Origin: Eledone cirrhosa
Taxonomy: Eukaryota
DNA length: 64,000 nt
NCBI GenBank assembly: GCA_964016885.1
Contig: OZ024741.1
Coordinates: forward strand, 9,362,001 to 9,426,000
Direction: 5' to 3'
The translations under genes and the position numbers were made by a program. Positions 57,021 to 64,000 of the stretch are shown here, piece by piece. Position 1 is the first letter of the stretch. Every line of letters begins with the position of its first letter. The notes below the pieces were generated by a model that saw nothing but the letters and a program-made list of their open reading frames with translations, was not told the origin of the DNA and made no database searches.

Positions 57021-60000
57021 CAAAGTGTTGAAACTAAAGGTACCGCAGTGCTGTACCTAGAGGTACCACAGTATTGAAACTAAAGGTACCACAATGTTGT
57101 AACTAAATGTACCACATTGTTGAAACTAAAGGTATGAGAATGTTGAAACTAAAGGTAACACAATGTTGAAACTAAAGGTACCACAGTGTTGAAACTAATG
57201 GTAACAGAGTGTTGAAACTAAAGGTACCACAGTGTTGAAACTAAAGGTAACACAGTGTTGTAACTAAAGGTACCACAATGTTGAAACTAAAGATACCACA
57301 TTGTTGAAACTAAAGGTACCAAAGTGTTGAAACTAAAGGTACCGCAGTGCTGTACCTAGAGGTACCACAGTATTGAAACTAAAGGTATCACAATGTTGTA
57401 ACTAAATGTACCACAGTGTTGAAACTAAAGGTATGAGAATGTTGAAACTAAAGGTAACACAGTGTTGAAACTAAAGGTACCACAATGGTGTAACTAAAGG
57501 TACGACAGTGTTGAAACTAAATGTACCACATTGTTGTAACTAAAGGTACCACAGTGTTGAAACTAAAGGTACCACAGTGTTGTAACTAGAGGTACCACAG
57601 TGTTGAAACTAAATATACCACAATGTTGTAACTAAAAGTACCACAGTGTTGAAACTAAAGTTATCACAGTGTTGAAACTAAATTTACCACAGTGATCTAA
57701 CTAAAGGTACCACAGTGTTGTAACTACATGTACCACAGTTTTGAAACTAAAGGTATGAGAATGTTGAAACTAAAGGTACCACAGTGTTGAAACTAAAGGT
57801 ACCACAATGTTGAAACTAAAGGAATATAGTGATGTAACTAAAGGTACCATAGAGTTGAAACTAAAGGTACAACTAATGTTGTAACTAAATGTACCACAGT
57901 GTTGAAACTAAAGGTATCAGAATGTTGAAACTAAAGGTACCACAGTGTTGAAACTAAAGATAACACAATGTTGTAACTACATGTACCACAGTTTTGAAAC
58001 TAAAGGTATCCGAATGTTGAAACTAAAGGTACCACAGTGTTGAAACTAAAGATAACACAATGTTGTAACTACATGTACCACAGTTTTGAAACTAAAGGTA
58101 TCCGAATGTTGAAACTAAATGTAGCACAGTGTTGAAATTTAAGGTACCACAGTGTTGAAACTAAATGTGCCACAGTGTTGAAACTAAAGATATCAGAGTG
58201 TTGAAACTAAAGGTATAACAGTTTTGAAACTTAAGGTACCACAGTGTTGAAACTAAAGGTACCACAGTGTTGAAACTAAAGGTACCACAGTGATGTAACT
58301 AAATGTACCAGAGCGTTGAAACTAAAGGTACCACAGTGTTGTTACTAGAGGAACCAAAGTGTTGAAACTAAAGATACCACAATGTTGTAACTAAATGAAC
58401 CACAGCCTTGAAACTAAAAGTATCAGAATGTTGAAACTAAAGGTACCACAGTGTTGAAACTAAAGGTATCAGAATGTTGTAACTAAAGGTACCACAGTGT
58501 TGAAACTAAAGGGACCAGAGTGTTGAAAATAGAGGTAGCACAGTGTTGAAACTAAAGGTACCACAGTGTTGAAACTAAAGGTAACACAGTGTTGTAACTA
58601 AAGGTACCAAAGTGTTGAAACTAAAGGTACCGCAGTGCTGTACCTAGAGGTACCACAGTATTGAAACTAAAGGTACCACAATGTTGTAACTAAATGTACC
58701 ACATTGTTGAAACTAAAGGTATGAGAATGTTGAAACTAAAGGTAACACAATGTTGAAACTAAAGGTACCACAGTGTTGAAACTAATGGTAACAGAGTGTT
58801 GAAACTAAAGGTACCACAGTGTTGAAACTAAAGGTAACACAGTGTTGTAACTAAAGGTACCACAATGTTGAAACTAAAGATACCACATTGTTGAAACTAA
58901 AGGTACCAAAGTGTTGAAACTAAAGGTACCGCAGTGCTGTACCTAGAGGTACCACAGTATTGAAACTAAAGGTATCACAATGTTGTAACTAAATGTACCA
59001 CAGTGTTGAAACTAAAGGTATGAGAATGTTGAAACTAAAGGTAACACAGTGTTGAAACTAAAGGTACCACAATGGTGTAACTAAAGGTACGACAGTGTTG
59101 AAACTAAATGTACCACATTGTTGTAACTAAAGGTACCACAGTGTTGAAACTAAAGGTACCACAGTGTTGTAACTAGAGGTACCACAGTGTTGAAACTAAA
59201 TATACCACAATGTTGTAACTAAAAGTACCACAGTGTTGAAACTAAAGTTATCACAGTGTTGAAACTAAATTTACCACAGTGATCTAACTAAAGGTACCAC
59301 AGTGTTGTAACTACATGTACCACAGTTTTGAAACTAAAGGTATGAAAATGTTGAAACTAAAGGTACCACAGTGTTGAAACTAAAGGTACCACAATGTTGA
59401 AACTAAAGGAATATAGTGATGTAACTAAAGGTACCATAGAGTTGAAACTAAAGGTACAACTAATGTTGTAACTAAATGTACCACAGTGTTGAAACTAAAG
59501 GTATCAGAATGTTGAAACTAAAGGTACCACAGTGTTGAAACTAAAGATAACACAATGTTGTAACTACATGTACCACAGTTTTGAAACTAAAGGTATCCGA
59601 ATGTTGAAACTAAAGGTACCACAGTGTTGAAACTAAAGATAACACAATGTTGTAACTACATGTACCACAGTTTTGAAACTAAAGGTATCCGAATGTTGAA
59701 ACTAAATGTAGCACAGTGTTGAAATTTAAGGTACCACAGTGTTGAAACTAAATGTGCCACAGTGTTGAAACTAAAGATATCAGAGTGTTGAAACTAAAGG
59801 TATAACAGTTTTGAAACTTAAGGTACCACAGTGTTGAAACTAAAGGTACCACAGTGTTGAAACTAAAGGTACCACAGTGATGTAACTAAATGTACCAGAG
59901 CGTTGAAACTAAAGGTACCACAGTGTTGTTACTAGAGGAACCAAAGTGTTGAAACTAAAGATACCACAATGTTGTAACTAAATGAACCACAGCCTTGAAA

Positions 60001-61295
60001 CTAAAAGTATCAGAATGTTGAAACTAAAGGTACCACAGTGTTGAAACTAAAGGTACCACAATGTTGAAACTAAAGGTATCACAATGTTGTAACTAAATGT
60101 ACCACAGTGTTGAAACTAAAGGTATGAGAATGTTGAAACTAAAGGTACCGCAGTGCTGTACCTAGAGGTACCACAGTATTGAAACTAAAGGTATCACAAT
60201 GTTGTAACTAAATGTACCACAGTGTTGAAACTAAAGGTATGAGAATGTTGAAACTAAAGGTAACACAGTGTTGAAACTAAAGGTACCACAATGGTGTAAC
60301 TAAAGGTACGACAGTGTTGAAACTAAATGTACCACATTGTTGTAACTAAAGGTACCACAGTGTTGAAACTAAAGGTACCACAGTGTTGTAACTAGAGGTA
60401 CCACAGTGTTGAAACTAAATATACCACAATGTTGTAACTAAAAGTACCACAGTGTTGAAACTAAAGTTATCACAGTGTTGAAACTAAATTTACCACAGTG
60501 ATCTAACTAAAGGTACCACAGTGTTGTAACTACATGTACCACAGTTTTGAAACTAAAGGTATGAAAATGTTGAAACTAAAGGTACCACAGTGTTGAAACT
60601 AAAGGTACCACAATGTTGAAACTAAAGGAATATAGTGATGTAACTAAAGGTACCATAGAGTTGAAACTAAAGGTACAACTAATGTTGTAACTAAATGTAC
60701 CACAGTGTTGAAACTAAAGGTATCAGAATGTTGAAACTAAAGGTACCACAGTGTTGAAACTAAAGATAACACAATGTTGTAACTACATGTACCACAGTTT
60801 TGAAACTAAAGGTATCCGAATGTTGAAACTAAAGGTACCACAGTGTTGAAACTAAAGATAACACAATGTTGTAACTACATGTACCACAGTTTTGAAACTA
60901 AAGGTATCCGAATGTTGAAACTAAATGTAGCACAGTGTTGAAATTTAAGGTACCACAGTGTTGAAACTAAATGTGCCACAGTGTTGAAACTAAAGATATC
61001 AGAGTGTTGAAACTAAAGGTATAACAGTTTTGAAACTTAAGGTACCACAGTGTTGAAACTAAAGGTACCACAGTGTTGAAACTAAAGGTACCACAGTGAT
61101 GTAACTAAATGTACCAGAGCGTTGAAACTAAAGGTACCACAGTGTTGTTACTAGAGGAACCAAAGTGTTGAAACTAAAGATACCACAATGTTGTAACTAA
61201 ATGAACCACAGCCTTGAAACTAAAAGTATCAGAATGTTGAAACTAAAGGTACCACAGTGTTGAAACTAAAGGTACCACAATGTTGAAACTAAAGG
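56810..61295 (+). repeat. Tandem duplication, period 1587 bp (69 monomers), plus a shorter third copy at +1219 bp (53 monomers)
   Basis: Private 24-bp variant GGTACAACTAATGTT with AACTAATG at 57871, 59458, 60677. AACCACAGCC at 56811/58398. Confidence 0.88.
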
Positions 61296-64000
61296 AACCA
61301 TAGTGATGTAACTAAAGGTACCATAGAGTTGAAACTAAAGGTACCACAGTGTTGAAACTAAAGGTACCACATTGTTGAAACAAAAGGTATAACAGTTTTT
61401 AAACTAAAGATACCACAGTGATGTAACACAATGTACCAGAGTGTTGAAACTAAAGGTACCACAGTGTTGAAACTAAAGGTACCACATTGTTGAAACTAAA
61501 GGTATCAGAATATTGTAACTAAAGGTACCACAGTGTTGAAACTAAAAGTATCAGAATGTTGTAACTAAAGGTACCACATTGTTGAAACTAAAGGTACCGC
61601 AGTGTTGAAAATAAAGGTAGCACAGTGTTGAAACTAAGGGTATCAGAATGTTGTAACTAAAGGTACCACAGCTTTGAAACTAAAGGTACCACAGTGTTGA
61701 AACTAAAGGAATCAGAATGTTGTAACTAAAGGTACCACAGCGTTGAAACTAAAGGTACCACAGTGTTGAAACTAAAGGTATCAGAATGTTGTAACTAAAG
61801 GTACCACAGTGTTGAAACTAAAGGTACCAGAGTGTTGAAACTAAAGGTAACAAAGTGTTGAAACTAAAGGTATCAGAATGGTGTAACTAAAGGTACCACA
61901 GTGTTGAAACTAAAGGTACCACAGTGTTGAAACTAAAGGTACCACAGTGTTGAAACTAAAGGTATCAGAATGTTGTAACTAAAGGTACCACAGTGTTGAA
62001 ACTAAAGGGACCAGAGTGTTGAAAATAGAGGTAGCACAGTGTTGAAACTAAAGGTACCACAGTGTTGAAACTAAAGGTAACACAGTGTTGTAACTAAAGG
62101 TACCAAAGTGTTGAAACTAAAGGTACCGCAGTGCTGTACCTAGAGGTACCACAGTATTGAAACTAAAGGTACCACAATGTTGTAACTAAATGTACCACAT
62201 TGTTGTAACTAAAGGTATGAGAATGTTGAAACTAAAGGTAACACAATGTTGAAACTAAAGGTACCACAGTGTTGAAACTAATGGTAACAGAGTGTTGAAA
62301 CTAAAGGTACCACAGTGTTGAAACTAAAGGTAACACAGTGTTGTAACTAAAGGTACCACAATGTTGAAACTAAAGATACCACATTGTTGAAACTAAAGGT
62401 ACCAAAGTGTTGAAACTAAAGGTACCGCAGTGCTGTACCTAGAGGTACCACAGTATTGAAACTAAAGGTATCACAATGTTGTAACTAAATGTACCACAGT
62501 GTTGAAACTAAAGGTATGAGAATGTTGAAACTAAAGGTAACACAGTGTTGAAACTAAAGGTACCACAATGGTGTAACTAAAGGTACGACAGTGTTGAAAC
62601 TAAATGTACCACATTGTTGTAACTAAAGGTACCACAGTGTTGAAACTAAAGGTACCACAGTGTTGTAACTAGAGGTACCACAGTGTTGAAACTAAATATA
62701 CCACAATGTTGTAACTAAAAGTACCACAGTGTTGAAACTAAAGTTATCACAGTGTTGAAACTAAATTTACCACAGTGATCTAACTAAAGGTACCACAGTG
62801 TTGAAACTAAGGGTACCACAGTGTTGAAACTAAACGTACCACAGTGTTGAAAGTAAAGGTACCACAGTGTTGTAACTAAATGTACCACAATGTTGAAACT
62901 AATGATACCACAATGTTGTAACTAAAGGTACCACAGTGTTGAAACTAAAGGTATCAGAATGTTGTAACTAAAGGTACCACATTGTTGAAACTAAAGGTAC
63001 CGCAGTGTTGAAAATAAAGGTAGCACAGTGTTGAAACTAAGGGTATCAGAATGTTGTAACTAAAGGTACCACAGCGTTGAAACTAAAGGTACCACAGTGT
63101 TGAAACTAAAGGAATCAGAATGTTGTAACTAAAGGTACCACAGCGTTGAAACTAAAGGTATGAGAATGTTGAAACTAAAGGTACCACAGTGTTGAAACTA
63201 AAGGTACCACAATGTTGAAACTAAAGGAATATAGTGATGTAACTAAAGGTACCATAGAGTTGAAACTAAAGGTACCACAGTGTTGAAACTAAAGGTACCA
63301 CATTGTTGAAACTAAAGGTATAACAGTTTTTAAACTAACGATACCACAGCGATGTAACTCAATGTACCAGAGTGTTGAAACTAAAGGTACCACAGTGTTG
63401 AAACTAAAGGTACCACATTGTTGAAACTAAAGGTATCAGAATGTTGTAACTAAAGCTACCACAGTGTTGAAACTAAAGGTACCACAGTATTGAAACTAAA
63501 GGTATCAGAATGTTGTAACTAAAGGTACCACAGTGTTGAAACTAAACGTAACACACTGTTGAAATTAAAGGTACCGCAGTGTTGTAACTAGAGATACCAC
63601 AGTATTGAAACTAAAGATACCACAATGTTGTAACTAAATGTACCACAGTGTTGAAACTAAAGGTACCGCAGTGTTGTAACTAGAGGTACCACAGTATTGA
63701 AACTAAAGATACCACAATGTTGTAACTACATGTACCACAGTTTTGAAACTAAAGGTATCCGAATGTTGAAACTAAAGGTACCACAATTTGAAACTAAAGA
63801 TACCACAATGTTGTAACTAAATGTACCACAGTTTTGAAACTAAAGGTATCAGAATGTTGAAGCTAAAGGTACCACAGTGTTGGTTGAAAAAAAAGGTACC
63901 ACAATATTGTAACTAAAGGTACCACAGTGTTGAAACAAAAGGTACCACAGTGTTGTAACTAAATGTGCCACAGTGCTGAAACTAAAGGTAGCACAGTGTT

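Larger units (their letters stand above)
1..64000 (+). repeat. Tandem satellite array, 23-bp monomer GAAACTAAAGGTACCACAGTGTT, ~2,780 head-to-tail copies, running off both window ends
   Basis: Perfect consensus monomers at 11-33 and 34-56, and every line of the window reads in this 23-bp register. Variation is mostly 0-4 substitutions per monomer (e.g. GTAAC/GAAAC, GGTATCAGAATG, GATACCACAATG) with rare indels. Same orientation throughout. Confidence 0.99.

Noticed and set aside
1-64000. CRISPR array (GTTGAAAC/ATTGAAAC resembles CRISPR repeat 3' ends)
   Set aside because: No unique spacers: the sequence between motifs is ~15 bp of the same consensus. The period is 23 bp rather than ~60-75 bp, and there is no leader or cas gene.
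1-64000. Telomerase-made long telomeric repeat (some Candida yeasts use 23-bp units)
   Set aside because: No convincing match to those units or G-rich strand. Variants are inherited in kilobase blocks, indicating recombination or replication copying rather than templated addition.
1-64000. Functional 12/23 RSS array or antigen-receptor locus
   Set aside because: Heptamer only. No nonamer at 12 or 23 bp on either strand and no V, D or J coding segments.
1-64000. Giant repetitive protein gene or information-coding variant string
   Set aside because: Stops recur in all six frames. The order of variants is explained by nested duplication, with no sign of a reading system.
1-64000. Plasmid iterons, phased A-tract curvature, embedded TE or inversion
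   Set aside because: No rep gene and far too many copies for iterons. A-runs are only 3 bp, 5 bp apart and not in helical phase. I saw no foreign or reverse-orientation sequence on reading through.

Overview
The whole 64-kb window is one uninterrupted, head-to-tail satellite array. The monomer is 23 bp (consensus GAAACTAAAGGTACCACAGTGTT, 39% GC), giving about 2,780 copies. I saw no unique sequence, gene, RNA gene, transposon or inversion. The four ORFs are repeat-translation artefacts that all span the same rare 4-bp insertion. The real information is in the order of variant monomers. Rare variants show a series of local, near-identical, in-register tandem duplications (periods 4552, ~2966, 2160 x3, 4686, 1795, 1567, ~6500, 855, 1587 and 1219 bp), some nested over older 92-, 322- and 781-bp units. 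The variant repertoire switches at about 33.6-36 kb. This looks like a eukaryotic heterochromatic or (peri)centromeric satellite, but organism and function cannot be determined from the sequence. I found no supportable evidence of a new coding or defence system. Offsets come from manual marker comparison, not a full alignment.
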